A DNA stretch of 57,072 bases from IMG/VR virus record IMGVR_UViG_3300034283_002112, positions 1-57,072 of that record; one strand, 5' to 3'. The notes under the pieces were generated by a model that saw only the letters and a list, made by a program, of their open reading frames with translations, did not search any database and was not told the DNA's origin. This DNA comes from a virus (lineage: Duplodnaviria; Caudoviricetes). The position numbers and the translations under genes were made by a program. Of the stretch, positions 44,324 through 53,759 are shown one piece after another; position 1 is the first letter of the stretch, and each line of letters starts with the position of its first letter.

Positions 44324-45608
44324 CACTTTGTGTATGGCACCTTGGACGCACACATATCTAAGCCCGCAAACAGAGCGTAGAATGTGCTGTGCGTCGCGAG
44401 AACCTGCACAGAACTTTGAACAGTACATAGACACCTCAGCAGGCACAGGTCGATATATTCCTGTAACGCTGGAACAGCACTGGAATAGTGATCACATGAA
44501 AAGTGTTCGTCGTAGAATGATGGCAGGAGAAACATTGCCTGAGTGCGATGTGTGCAATTCAAAACTGCTTAATACCAGCGTTTACCGCACCTACTTTGAT
44601 CATTTGTTTGGGCACAAACTAGAGGAAATATATGCAAGTACCGATGCTTCGGGACACACAAGCATGGCTCCTGTTTCGTGGGATTACCGCTTTAGTAACC
44701 TTTGCAACTTCAAATGCAGAACCTGCGGTGACATGTTATCAAGTGCATGGGAGACCGAACAAAAGACTCACAGCATGGTTGACTGGCACAATCCAAAAAA
44801 CAACTGGATGCGAACTGATGTTCGTGCTGACATCTCAAGGTTTCAGGACACGCAGATTGAAGCGGAATTTGCTGCCGCCGTTGAAAGACATGCTGTCGAA
44901 GAGATCTACTGGGTAGGTGGTGAGCCCTTGATGTATGAACAGCACTGGCGTTACATGCAACGCATTGTTGAACTAGGAGATGGGCCCAGATTATATGCAC
45001 GATACAACACTAACCTTAGCCGAATTCATTATCGGGGGCGTGACCTTTATAGCGATATTCTGGATCATGTACGAGATTGGCAAATTTGTGCAAGCATTGA
45101 CGGCACTAGAGCAATCGGTGAATACATTAGAACAGGCCTTGACTACGCAACGTTCTGCAGAAACTTCGAAGCAGGACTGCAACACCAACGAAACCGACGT
45201 CAAATGAGATTGGACTTTACACTGACATTACCAGGCATGTTTGAAGTTGATGCAATGCAGCAACTGGCCGCCAGCTACGACGTAGAACTGTTGGCCAAGG
45301 TAATATTCAGCTTTACTCCAGATATCATTATGAGTCCATTGGCATTGCCCCGACACCTGTTGGATGCCTGGATAGATCAACTGGTGCCCAATTGCACATC
45401 CAGCGCCATGCGCGATGTACTGTTACAGTTAAAGAATCGCCCCACATTCGAACAACAATGGCCTGAAGAATATCGTACAGGTCTTGCTCGAGGCAAGGCT
45501 CGTGTGTTAAAATTAGAAAGCATAAGAACACAGTCGGTAACAATGACAGATATATTGGGCTCACGCCCTGAAATACTAAAATGGTGGAACGAAATTGGAA
45601 TCAATTGA
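44304..45608 (+). CDS. Radical SAM protein with N-terminal twitch domain (no. 5)
   Basis: CNFKCRTC and VGGEP; LCMAPW...RMCC...CDVC. Confidence 0.9.
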   Translation: MTTTKPNTLCMAPWTHTYLSPQTERRMCCASREPAQNFEQYIDTSAGTGRYIPVTLEQHWNSDHMKSVRRRMMAGETLPECDVCNSKLLNTSVYRTYFDHLFGHKLEEIYASTDASGHTSMAPVSWDYRFSNLCNFKCRTCGDMLSSAWETEQKTHSMVDWHNPKNNWMRTDVRADISRFQDTQIEAEFAAAVERHAVEEIYWVGGEPLMYEQHWRYMQRIVELGDGPRLYARYNTNLSRIHYRGRDLYSDILDHVRDWQICASIDGTRAIGEYIRTGLDYATFCRNFEAGLQHQRNRRQMRLDFTLTLPGMFEVDAMQQLAASYDVELLAKVIFSFTPDIIMSPLALPRHLLDAWIDQLVPNCTSSAMRDVLLQLKNRPTFEQQWPEEYRTGLARGKARVLKLESIRTQSVTMTDILGSRPEILKWWNEIGIN

Positions 45609-46629
45609 AATAGATCTCCGCGGCAACAACGGAGATTGTCTAACTGTGTATATCAATGTGCATGACAACAGTTTGAGTCGTAAATGGTTGGCGGCTCTCA
45701 ATGATATTATTCGTAACCAACTGCATCTAGAAAAGAACTATTGTTGGATGGGCTGGACTGAGCATGATCGCAACTTAGAATATCTTTGCACACAAGTCAA
45801 TCGCAGTATTCATGCAATCAACAGCAGCGATTTAGATTATCGTATACAAGATTTTTTCAGTCCTGCCAACGTAGTACAAAAAAATCTCGATGTCAATCAT
45901 GATAAAATGAATCATCTACATCGTTATTTTGAAGACCTGCAAGGAACTTCGGGTGCAATGAGCAGGTACTACACAGCCGCAGACGATCACACACGTTGGC
46001 ACATACGCCAATTAAATTTACTGTGTCATGAAATAGAAAGTCTTGTGCTCAGCATGCGTAAAGATGTACAAGCACCCGAATGGAAGCGCCCCAGTCAGTT
46101 GATGTGCTGGCTCAATGCCCCGCGTTTTGTGCTAGAACAACAAGACTATGAGTTGTTTGGAGTTGACACTATTAACCGTAGGCTTGGCGGTGTGTATGTG
46201 GGTGTGAACAAAGCAGTGGGCAAGCATCATTGGGAAGTGTTCAACGACGAAGGCCGCGACAGTCGCATCGGCGAACTTGTCACAACATCACTAAAAGCAC
46301 AGACCGAAGCTGCGGGAGATTTTGATATTGAGTGGGCACGTGATCCCGGCGCTTACTCTTGGCAAATTGCAAAGATAACAGAATTCCGTGAGTGGCTTGT
46401 TGCCAACGGGTTTGATCCCGAAGACAAGAGTCTTACCATTGGTCATCCGCAGGTTGGGCAAATTGATCTTGTTAGGTCGTTTGGCACTGATGATTATCAA
46501 GAAATATGGCGCCAGCTGTCCACCAAATTGGATGTGTATAAAATACGCACATCCGTTGTCGAAGCTACATACAGCTACCGCTGGAGCAATCCAGACTATG
46601 CAGAACAACAGATAAGGGCATTAAAATGA
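45595..46629 (+). CDS. Hypothetical protein
   Basis: 344-aa ORF overlapping both neighbours. It has HRYFEDL and LNLLCHEIES segments, but I recognise no family. Confidence 0.75.
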   Translation: MESIEIDLRGNNGDCLTVYINVHDNSLSRKWLAALNDIIRNQLHLEKNYCWMGWTEHDRNLEYLCTQVNRSIHAINSSDLDYRIQDFFSPANVVQKNLDVNHDKMNHLHRYFEDLQGTSGAMSRYYTAADDHTRWHIRQLNLLCHEIESLVLSMRKDVQAPEWKRPSQLMCWLNAPRFVLEQQDYELFGVDTINRRLGGVYVGVNKAVGKHHWEVFNDEGRDSRIGELVTTSLKAQTEAAGDFDIEWARDPGAYSWQIAKITEFREWLVANGFDPEDKSLTIGHPQVGQIDLVRSFGTDDYQEIWRQLSTKLDVYKIRTSVVEATYSYRWSNPDYAEQQIRALK

Positions 46630-46727
46630 AATGGATTAAACGTATTTGGGATCGTATTCAAATGGAAATTCGCTATCGTAAAAAGCTAAAAGAACTGCGC
46701 AAACGAGACCCGTTTATCTACAAATGA
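46626..46727 (+). CDS. 33-aa basic peptide ending RDPFIYK (carbamoyltransferase-associated, SxtK-like motif)
   Basis: MKWIKRIWDRIQMEIRYRKKLKELRKRDPFIYK*. It has ATGA overlaps at both ends (46626-29 and 46724-27) and fills the gap exactly. Not in the ORF track. Confidence 0.8.
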   Translation: MKWIKRIWDRIQMEIRYRKKLKELRKRDPFIYK

Positions 46728-48211
46728 ACATACTAGGAATTTCAGCAGGATTTCACGACGCTGCTGCCACTGTGATTAACCGTGAAGGCAATATTCTTTT
46801 TGCTGGACATAGTGAACGCTACAGCAAGAAAAAGAATGACTCAGAATTATGTTCTTCTTTAATAAGTGAACTGGAACAGTACAATCCCATTGACACAGTG
46901 GCCTACTATGAGCGTCCTTGGACCAAACAACTGCGACAATGGTATGCCGGGCAGGGTATAGAGTGGAACAAACTTACTGTACGTGGCGTAGTGCATGATC
47001 AAATTGGCCATGCACACTGGCAGGACCTACAACATTATCACAACTACAACCATCATCTATGTCATGCAGCAGCAGGTTTTCAAACATCGCCTTATGATCG
47101 TGCCACAGTGGTGGTAATAGATGCTGTGGGCGAATTTGAAACAATAACAATATGGGGAGCAGAATATGATCGAAATGGTGTGGCAAAGTATAAAAGACTT
47201 TGGTCTCGGCGTTATCCACATTCAATTGGACTGTTCTACAGTGCAGCTACTAGCAGCGTTGGCCTGCGGCCACTAGACGAAGAATACATCTTAATGGGTA
47301 TGGCTGCTTACGGCAGCTCAGAACATAATCTAACACTGCAAAAAAAGCTAGTAAGTGATACAGTGAATATTAAATTCCGTGAAAATCTACACACAGGCAT
47401 AGACAGTAAACACCTAGCTGACATGACAGACTATGACATTGCTGCCAGCGCACAATACATTGCAGAAAATCTAATCAACAATGTCATGTGCAGAGCACGT
47501 GATTTTAAGTGGTCCAACAATTTGGTATACATGGGCGGTGTTGCTCTTAACTGTAGTGCCAATCGTAACCTAGGGAAGTTTTTTGATAACATATGGATTA
47601 TGCCTTGCCCTGGCGATGCTGGTTCTAGCCTGGGCGCTGCTGCCCTGGCTTGGGGTAAAAGAGTTAAATGGACTGATGCTTATCTCGGACATGATATCGC
47701 TGGTGACTATCCTGTTGATGATATTCTCAATCATCTGGTATCTGACCTCATTGTTGGTGTTGCTAGCGGCCGCGCTGAGTTTGGCCCTCGTGCACTAGGA
47801 AATCGTAGCTTGCTGGCCGATCCACGGGGCGAGCGTATCAAGGACCAAGTAAATGCAATCAAACGACGACAAAAATTTAGACCTTTTGCCCCTGTTATTT
47901 TGGAGGAACATGCTGATATGTACTTTGATATGCCTAGGGGTTTCAGTAACAGTAGGTATATGCAAGTCATCGCTCGTTGCAGGCATCCTCACATATTTCC
48001 TGCTATTGTTCATGCTGACGGCACTAGTCGTGTACAGACTGTGCCGCGAGATGCAAGCGGAATTAGGCAACTGCTGGAAAAGTGGTACGTAATGACTGGG
48101 TGTCCCATGCTGCTGAATACCAGCTTGAACATTCGCGGTGAACCCATGGTCAACGATCGCAAGGACGCAGACAGATTTGAAACACTGTATGGTGTCAAGG
48201 TTTGTTCATGA
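46724..48211 (+). CDS. Carbamoyltransferase, NodU/CmcH/TobZ family
   Basis: GISAGFHDAAA, ERYSKKK, HHLCHAAAGF, VIDAVGE, GGVALNC, GDAGSSLGAA, EFGPRALGNRSLLA, FRPFAP, HADGTSRVQTV and LLNTSLNIRGEP motifs. Confidence 0.95.
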   Translation: MNILGISAGFHDAAATVINREGNILFAGHSERYSKKKNDSELCSSLISELEQYNPIDTVAYYERPWTKQLRQWYAGQGIEWNKLTVRGVVHDQIGHAHWQDLQHYHNYNHHLCHAAAGFQTSPYDRATVVVIDAVGEFETITIWGAEYDRNGVAKYKRLWSRRYPHSIGLFYSAATSSVGLRPLDEEYILMGMAAYGSSEHNLTLQKKLVSDTVNIKFRENLHTGIDSKHLADMTDYDIAASAQYIAENLINNVMCRARDFKWSNNLVYMGGVALNCSANRNLGKFFDNIWIMPCPGDAGSSLGAAALAWGKRVKWTDAYLGHDIAGDYPVDDILNHLVSDLIVGVASGRAEFGPRALGNRSLLADPRGERIKDQVNAIKRRQKFRPFAPVILEEHADMYFDMPRGFSNSRYMQVIARCRHPHIFPAIVHADGTSRVQTVPRDASGIRQLLEKWYVMTGCPMLLNTSLNIRGEPMVNDRKDADRFETLYGVKVCS

Positions 48212-49473
48212 CTGATAGAGTGTTTCCCATCAAGAGTGACACTGCTTGTTTGTTGAAGTGGGCCTGGTCAACAGTATACCTAGGTCAAGGCACAAGTTCC
48301 AGCTGTCATCGTACTGATCAAGCGCCTATACCTCCGGACAACTTTGCAAGTTTTCACAACTTGCCCAACAAAGTAGCAGCACGAAAGCAAATGCTGGAAG
48401 GCACATGGCCACAAGGCGGATGTCAATACTGCGAAAAGATCGAGCAAGCAGGTGGTATGAGCGATCGACAATATCAACTCCGAGCCGGACACGAAGCTGA
48501 TCGTACTCCTGAAGAGTTGTTGACAGATCCCACTGCTACAGAAGTTGTACCCACTATCTTGGAAGTCTATTTCAACAACACCTGTAACATGGCCTGCTTG
48601 TATTGCGGATCACACTTCAGTACCAAATGGGAAGAAGAAAACAAACGGTTTGGTGTGTTTGAACAAGGGCGTGTTAAGTTTGGCTATAATCAACCAAGCA
48701 ATCCCAACTACAATCAAATGCTGGCAGACTTCTGGCAGTATCTTCGAGACAAAGATCGTTATCGCCACATACGCTACTATCAGATCCTAGGTGGTGAACC
48801 TTTCTTTCAACCAGAATTTGACACCAGCTTGGATTTTTGGGAAAGTCATCCTAACCCTGAACTCACATTCAATATCATTACCAACTTGAAAGTGCCCACA
48901 AAGAAGTTCCGTGCGTACATAGATCGCTTTGGGGCAATGGTCGAGTCAGGTGCTCTCAAACGTCTGCAAATAACTGGCAGTTTGGATGCCTGGGGTCCGC
49001 AAGAAGAATATGTACGCTGGGGACTTGACCTAGCTGAATGGCAAGAGAACTGGGAATACTTGTTGGATAAAGACTGGGTGGTCATGTGTATGAATACTGC
49101 TATATCTGCACTGACAATTAAAACATTGCCTGACTTGGTGGAACGTATCAACGGGTGGAACGCACGCCGTAACCCTTGGAACCCTATCAGCTTCAGTTTC
49201 ATGAGTGTGATGACACCGCCTGAAATGGTTCCAGACATATTTGGTGCAGGTGTGTTTGACGCAGACTTTGAACGTGTGTTAGCAGCCATGCCTACAGACA
49301 AACCTGGGTCTCTAGACGCACGTGAACACATGGCAGGTATTATGCAACAGATACAAGCAGGGCCACGCGATCAGAGTCGCATAGAAGATCTAAAGGTTTA
49401 CCTAACTGAAATAGATCGACGCCGAGGAACCGATTGGAAACAGTTATTTCCGTGGCTTGCAGAGCTCAACTAA
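48208..49473 (+). CDS. Radical SAM protein with N-terminal twitch domain (no. 6)
   Basis: CNMACLYC and LGGEP; CLLKW...SCHR...CQYCE. ATG 48208 overlaps the carbamoyltransferase stop. Confidence 0.9.
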   Translation: MTDRVFPIKSDTACLLKWAWSTVYLGQGTSSSCHRTDQAPIPPDNFASFHNLPNKVAARKQMLEGTWPQGGCQYCEKIEQAGGMSDRQYQLRAGHEADRTPEELLTDPTATEVVPTILEVYFNNTCNMACLYCGSHFSTKWEEENKRFGVFEQGRVKFGYNQPSNPNYNQMLADFWQYLRDKDRYRHIRYYQILGGEPFFQPEFDTSLDFWESHPNPELTFNIITNLKVPTKKFRAYIDRFGAMVESGALKRLQITGSLDAWGPQEEYVRWGLDLAEWQENWEYLLDKDWVVMCMNTAISALTIKTLPDLVERINGWNARRNPWNPISFSFMSVMTPPEMVPDIFGAGVFDADFERVLAAMPTDKPGSLDAREHMAGIMQQIQAGPRDQSRIEDLKVYLTEIDRRRGTDWKQLFPWLAELN

Positions 49474-50472
49474 ACTGGCGTTGAACTGTATGCGATCTGC
49501 GTAGAGCACATGACTCGTACGCAGATTTTCTATTGCCGCCGAGTGTTTAGAATGTGCAGGGTTGACAACGTCTTGTACAGCAAAGTTAGACCATGTGCCC
49601 CAATCTTCGAGTCTGTTGACTACCCCGTCAAACCCAAAGTCAACACACAGCTTGCAGAAGTTTTGCACGTCATGATGGTTGGCTTGTTGAAATACAAACT
49701 TCAACAGCACTTCTGACTTGGTACGTTGTTGTACCAACTTCAGCCACTCTAAGTTACGCATCAGCACATCCCAGCGTCCAGGTCTGCGTACATTGTGATA
49801 CACTTCTGTAGAGCCTGCGTCTATGCTGATAAAGTATTGTGTAATGTTGTCTAGTATAGGACTGTTGCTTAATTGCTTTTCCATCAGCAAACCATTGGTA
49901 AACAGTCGTATGGTTTGTTGCGGAGTAGGCTGGAACTCACGGATCAGCGGACGCATAATAGAGCTTGCTAGTGGATCGCCGTTGCCCGACATAACAATGT
50001 GACACGGCTCTTCAAACTGCTCCAGCAATCTGCGCATGTGTTGCACCTGTGCTAGCTTGCGTTCATAGTCTGGGCCTTGTGAAACCATGATAGCATCGCT
50101 GCGGCAACTAGGGCAAGCTAGATTGCAACTTTCGTCTATGTTGATGCTGACAACATAGCGAGTATCAAATAAGTCTTGGTTTCTAACACCACAACGATCT
50201 ACAGCACAGTGTGTGAAACGGCCATCTACAATGTCTTGTTGTAAGGCTTGTGCTGTAGGATGTGCCCATACATCCGCTAGGCGATCAAAATCAGTGATCT
50301 GACCAGGACTAACAGGCAACCATGCCTCACAGCCGCATACAAAACAATCCCCTTTCCAGTCTACTACCAATTGACGACTAGGTGCATTGCAGCGGTAGTC
50401 TATGGTGTAGCCCAGTTGCGCATTGCGCGGGATTGAATTGTAGGCATGCTGATTGGCAATCGGGATGATCAT
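49444..50472 (-). CDS. Radical SAM protein with N-terminal Cys cluster (no. 7)
   Basis: CNLACPSC; GNGDP in place of GGEP; N-terminal CNAP...CFVCGC...HCAVDRC. Confidence 0.85.
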   Translation of the reverse strand: MIIPIANQHAYNSIPRNAQLGYTIDYRCNAPSRQLVVDWKGDCFVCGCEAWLPVSPGQITDFDRLADVWAHPTAQALQQDIVDGRFTHCAVDRCGVRNQDLFDTRYVVSINIDESCNLACPSCRSDAIMVSQGPDYERKLAQVQHMRRLLEQFEEPCHIVMSGNGDPLASSIMRPLIREFQPTPQQTIRLFTNGLLMEKQLSNSPILDNITQYFISIDAGSTEVYHNVRRPGRWDVLMRNLEWLKLVQQRTKSEVLLKFVFQQANHHDVQNFCKLCVDFGFDGVVNRLEDWGTWSNFAVQDVVNPAHSKHSAAIENLRTSHVLYADRIQFNASLVELCKPRK

Positions 50473-51488
50473 AGATATGACTCTAGACTACCACGACGAC
50501 GTAGATCCTGGGTACAGCAGCTGATGCCGCCGTCCCAGAAGTAGCTGTGACGCAACTCACTTATAATCGGATTGATCCGATGCTTCTTACAATAATCAAA
50601 CACCTGCTTGTTATAAGCACTGAAGATTACGTTCTCTTCGTCCAACACAAGACAGTTAACGTCAAAAACTGTCTCTGCTACGAATCCAGTCCATTTGTTT
50701 AGATAAGTGTCCACAAAGTCTGTGAACTCAGGCGTAGGGGTTTGTCCTTGCACGTACCAAGCACCAGGGTTAGATTCGTACTTGAACTTGCCAACTTCCA
50801 TGGCGGCCCAGATACTTGGGTCCCAAATCTTGCACACATCCCAACCAGGGAAATCACGTGCTAGATCCAAGTTAACATCGTGCTTGGAACTCAACAGCAC
50901 ACCAGGCTTGAGAATAGCAAACACAGCATCGCCGTGTCCGTCTGTGATGGCTTCGTGAATACGATATTCAGGACCCAGTACGTTATCCACTATCCAACGG
51001 GTTTGTTCGGGCTTTAAGAAGTCTGAGTTGTCAAAGAATACATCGCGGCCCACACGCACAATACAGCTGGCACTTGCACCATTTAGAATGCAGTCTTTGT
51101 CCCACTCGCTCTTGTGTGGGTTGATTATTTGATCTTTGTACTCAGCACAGATGGTATCTAACTCTTTCATGTTGAGCACACGCAACAGTTTGTTGCCCAG
51201 TGTGATTTGCCAATCTCTCGGAGTCAGTGGTGGCAGCGGAGCACCACCACCTTCAGTTTGAAACCATACAAACTCGTCCTTGGGTCGAACATCGGGTCTG
51301 CGTACTCGGGCACCGTATTGCTCAATGGTCCGTTGTAGGTTGTCAAGATCCTCTTCTGTTTCATGCAAGATCTGTTGCATTTGATTGCGAACTTGAGGAT
51401 TGTCAATGAAGTCAAAGTAATCTGCTGGGTAGGCACTGCCCACAATAACTTCTTCTAAAGGTTGCCAAGATGTGTAACTGTTGATCAT
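50469..51488 (-). CDS. Amidinotransferase (glycine / inosamine-phosphate amidinotransferase family)
   Basis: INSYTSWQPLEEVIVG N-terminus, PRD, GHGD and C-terminal GGISCCTQDLRR are pentein-fold motifs with the catalytic His and Cys. The start is set at ATG 51488 (ATGA overlap). Confidence 0.85.
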   Translation of the reverse strand: MINSYTSWQPLEEVIVGSAYPADYFDFIDNPQVRNQMQQILHETEEDLDNLQRTIEQYGARVRRPDVRPKDEFVWFQTEGGGAPLPPLTPRDWQITLGNKLLRVLNMKELDTICAEYKDQIINPHKSEWDKDCILNGASASCIVRVGRDVFFDNSDFLKPEQTRWIVDNVLGPEYRIHEAITDGHGDAVFAILKPGVLLSSKHDVNLDLARDFPGWDVCKIWDPSIWAAMEVGKFKYESNPGAWYVQGQTPTPEFTDFVDTYLNKWTGFVAETVFDVNCLVLDEENVIFSAYNKQVFDYCKKHRINPIISELRHSYFWDGGISCCTQDLRRRGSLESYL

Positions 51489-52654
51489 ATGTTTAATTGT
51501 GCGAATAAAGTATTTAGGCGTTGAGTCTTGCTGGCGGCAAATAAACGCTGGTTGTGTACAATATCGTTCCAGCAACTGGCATACCAGGCTTGCATGTCTT
51601 GCGACTGTATTTGCTGTATAGCACGTCGAGCAGCTTGCCAACGTTGTGTGTTGTTGGGTATGACATCGTAGAAATTGTCTATGGCATGATCAAACGTTCT
51701 ATAACCCAGGTTGCGCAGAGTGCTTAAACTTCCCTGTGGTCCTATGATCACAAACGGATGTCCGTTTTTCAGTGCTTTGAATGTTTTTTCAGTAAGGAAT
51801 GTGCCGCCGCTGCCGTCTGCGTCAAAGTGTGTTTCTAGTATGATGCTGCAATAGCTGCTGACATAATGTTGCGATACTGTAAGGCTGTGGTCATTGTGCT
51901 GGTCCGCAGTCAAGTCATCACAGACCTTAGGTCTGTGGCTCATAAACTTCCCAACATCCACTCCTGGTTGATGTTCTATAGGGTTGTCTTGGGGATCATC
52001 ACCTAGCGGCAGTTCTGTATTGTAGCTCCACAAGCTGTGATCCAACACACCTATTTGCTGTAGTTCTGCCATTGCACTGGCACGCCACCATTTGTGTGTG
52101 CGACTCAATGCCAAGAACTCATGTTGCCTTGCTGTTTGATGTTGTATTACTAGTCCTTGGCTACGGTTTCTACGCCAGTACAGCAATTCATGGTCGGGAA
52201 AATACACAAAGCCAGGAACGCCATGTGCTGCGGTATTGCCTGAAACAAAGCGATAGCAATTGCTAGACAAGCAATGGCGGTCGCACAGTTTGTCCAGTCG
52301 GTATTTGATGGTATGTGGATTATCGCCTTCATGATAGTAGAACACGATAGTAACTGTGCCTTGACGCACATCATGCATGATGTTGTTGTCGATCAAGGCA
52401 AAGTAATCTATAGTGAAATCAAAGAATCCCAGTCCTATCACATACATGCCTCTGCCTTTGGTCACTAGTTCATATTCAACACCGTGGTCATCCATGTGCC
52501 CAAACAATTCAGCGGGAGTAGTATGAGGCCAATGTTGACCAAATTCTCTCCAGGCCTGAGTGTAAGGTCTTGCTTGGTGTTGGGCCAATGCTGGGTAAGG
52601 TCTGCCCTTGATTGTGCGGTCAACCCTGAATTTCAATGCTGTTAAGCATGTCAT
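51485..52654 (-). CDS. Glycosyltransferase-like protein of the LVTET...TEK family
   Basis: FLALSRTHKWWR...SIILETHF...FLTEKTFKALKNGHPF...LRNLGYRTF...YD. The start codon is uncertain. Confidence 0.55.
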   Translation of the reverse strand: MTCLTALKFRVDRTIKGRPYPALAQHQARPYTQAWREFGQHWPHTTPAELFGHMDDHGVEYELVTKGRGMYVIGLGFFDFTIDYFALIDNNIMHDVRQGTVTIVFYYHEGDNPHTIKYRLDKLCDRHCLSSNCYRFVSGNTAAHGVPGFVYFPDHELLYWRRNRSQGLVIQHQTARQHEFLALSRTHKWWRASAMAELQQIGVLDHSLWSYNTELPLGDDPQDNPIEHQPGVDVGKFMSHRPKVCDDLTADQHNDHSLTVSQHYVSSYCSIILETHFDADGSGGTFLTEKTFKALKNGHPFVIIGPQGSLSTLRNLGYRTFDHAIDNFYDVIPNNTQRWQAARRAIQQIQSQDMQAWYASCWNDIVHNQRLFAASKTQRLNTLFAQLNI

Positions 52655-53759
52655 TTAGTTCGTCCCAAAGTATCTTTTCAAATGCACCGCCGTAGAAATG
52701 ATTATAATTGTGTTCTACGATTTCTCTGGCTTGGTGATGTAAATCTTGGCGTTGTTGTATGGTCATGCTGTCTAGAGATTTCAAAACGGTAGCAATTTTT
52801 TCTATCCTGATTTGATCATTGGACTCGTTGTCATAGCTTTCGTCCCAGAGCTTGCTGAAAGTTTTGAATCCATATCTTTGTAGATAAGCAAGGCTGCCTT
52901 TTGTGCCAACAATCACAAAAGGCATTTGTAGACAAATGGGTTTGAAAGTTTTTTCAGTGATATGTAAACGTTGGCCTGAAGCAACAGTTTCTGTCACAAG
53001 ATACAACAGACTGTCTGCTGATTGATCAAACAAGCTGAGCCAGCATGAGTGCATGGGAAAACCAGTTTCTCCAGCAAACTCAATTGGTAAATCAACTTGA
53101 TTGAACACATCCTCAATATCAGGGTACGCAGTTTTTAGCGGCTGGGCTGCATCACCAATAGAGATACCTTCAGCAGGACACACCGCAGGGCAACTAATAT
53201 GATTGTCAGTCATACCTAGTTTAAAAATCCAGTACAGCATTTCTAGTCTATGATGTCTCATGCCTGCTACAATGCGATTTGGTGCAATAAATGTCTTGGT
53301 CGGCGTTCTATCTTTGGGATCAGCTATTAAAAACGTTTTGTCGTATCCTCTATACCAATCTAGTGCTGCCCATCCGTGAAAGAAATAGTATAGAGGTTTC
53401 CATCCGTAAAATTGACACATATGATCTACAGACTCACTTTCGAACTCACTGGTAATTAGATATCCAGTTTTGGTCAACCTTCTGTTTTTATTGGTCGGAA
53501 TACCATCTTCATCGAAATTTAGATCAGCGTTTGATTGATCCACATGCGCAAATGTTTGCATGTGTATGTTCAAATGTATTGGCTCTTGGTCAAATAAGAA
53601 TATATAATTGTGTTCGTGCACTTCGTCACTGCCATAGTTAGCTACGCTGTCAGGATCGCTTCGCCCAAACGGATCGCAGAAAAACACCCTAAAGCCAGGA
53701 CGATTTTTTTGTATCCAAGGCCAGAAGGTATTGTTGTAAATTTCGTCTATTCTAATCAT
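52620..53759 (-). CDS. Glycosyltransferase-like protein of the LVTET...TEK family
   Basis: FIAPNRIVAGMRHHR...YLVTETV...HITEKTFKPICLQMPF...LQRYGFKTFSKLWDESYD. Confidence 0.6.
   Translation of the reverse strand: MIRIDEIYNNTFWPWIQKNRPGFRVFFCDPFGRSDPDSVANYGSDEVHEHNYIFLFDQEPIHLNIHMQTFAHVDQSNADLNFDEDGIPTNKNRRLTKTGYLITSEFESESVDHMCQFYGWKPLYYFFHGWAALDWYRGYDKTFLIADPKDRTPTKTFIAPNRIVAGMRHHRLEMLYWIFKLGMTDNHISCPAVCPAEGISIGDAAQPLKTAYPDIEDVFNQVDLPIEFAGETGFPMHSCWLSLFDQSADSLLYLVTETVASGQRLHITEKTFKPICLQMPFVIVGTKGSLAYLQRYGFKTFSKLWDESYDNESNDQIRIEKIATVLKSLDSMTIQQRQDLHHQAREIVEHNYNHFYGGAFEKILWDELNDMLNSIEIQG

Noticed and set aside
46626-51488. Saxitoxin or aminoglycoside biosynthesis by the phage
   Set aside because: Only tailoring-type families are shared. 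Core scaffold enzymes (SxtA-type PKS-like protein, cyclitol synthase, sugar aminotransferases) are not seen in the window.
38207-51641. Extended N-termini given by the track for ORFs 38207, 40778, 48202 and 51641
   Set aside because: Downstream ATGs at 38363, 40793, 48208 and 51488 give short or ATGA-type overlaps like the rest of the operon and start at the family-typical N-terminus.
33902-53759. Interpretation as a classical RiPP cluster or a known DNA-modification cluster (7-deazaguanine, hmC-glucosylation)
   Set aside because: I recognise no leader/core precursor, RRE/PqqD domain, peptidase or exporter, and no QueC/QueD/FolE/DpdA, dCMP hydroxymethylase or TET/JBP gene in the window. Both remain only as alternative hypotheses.
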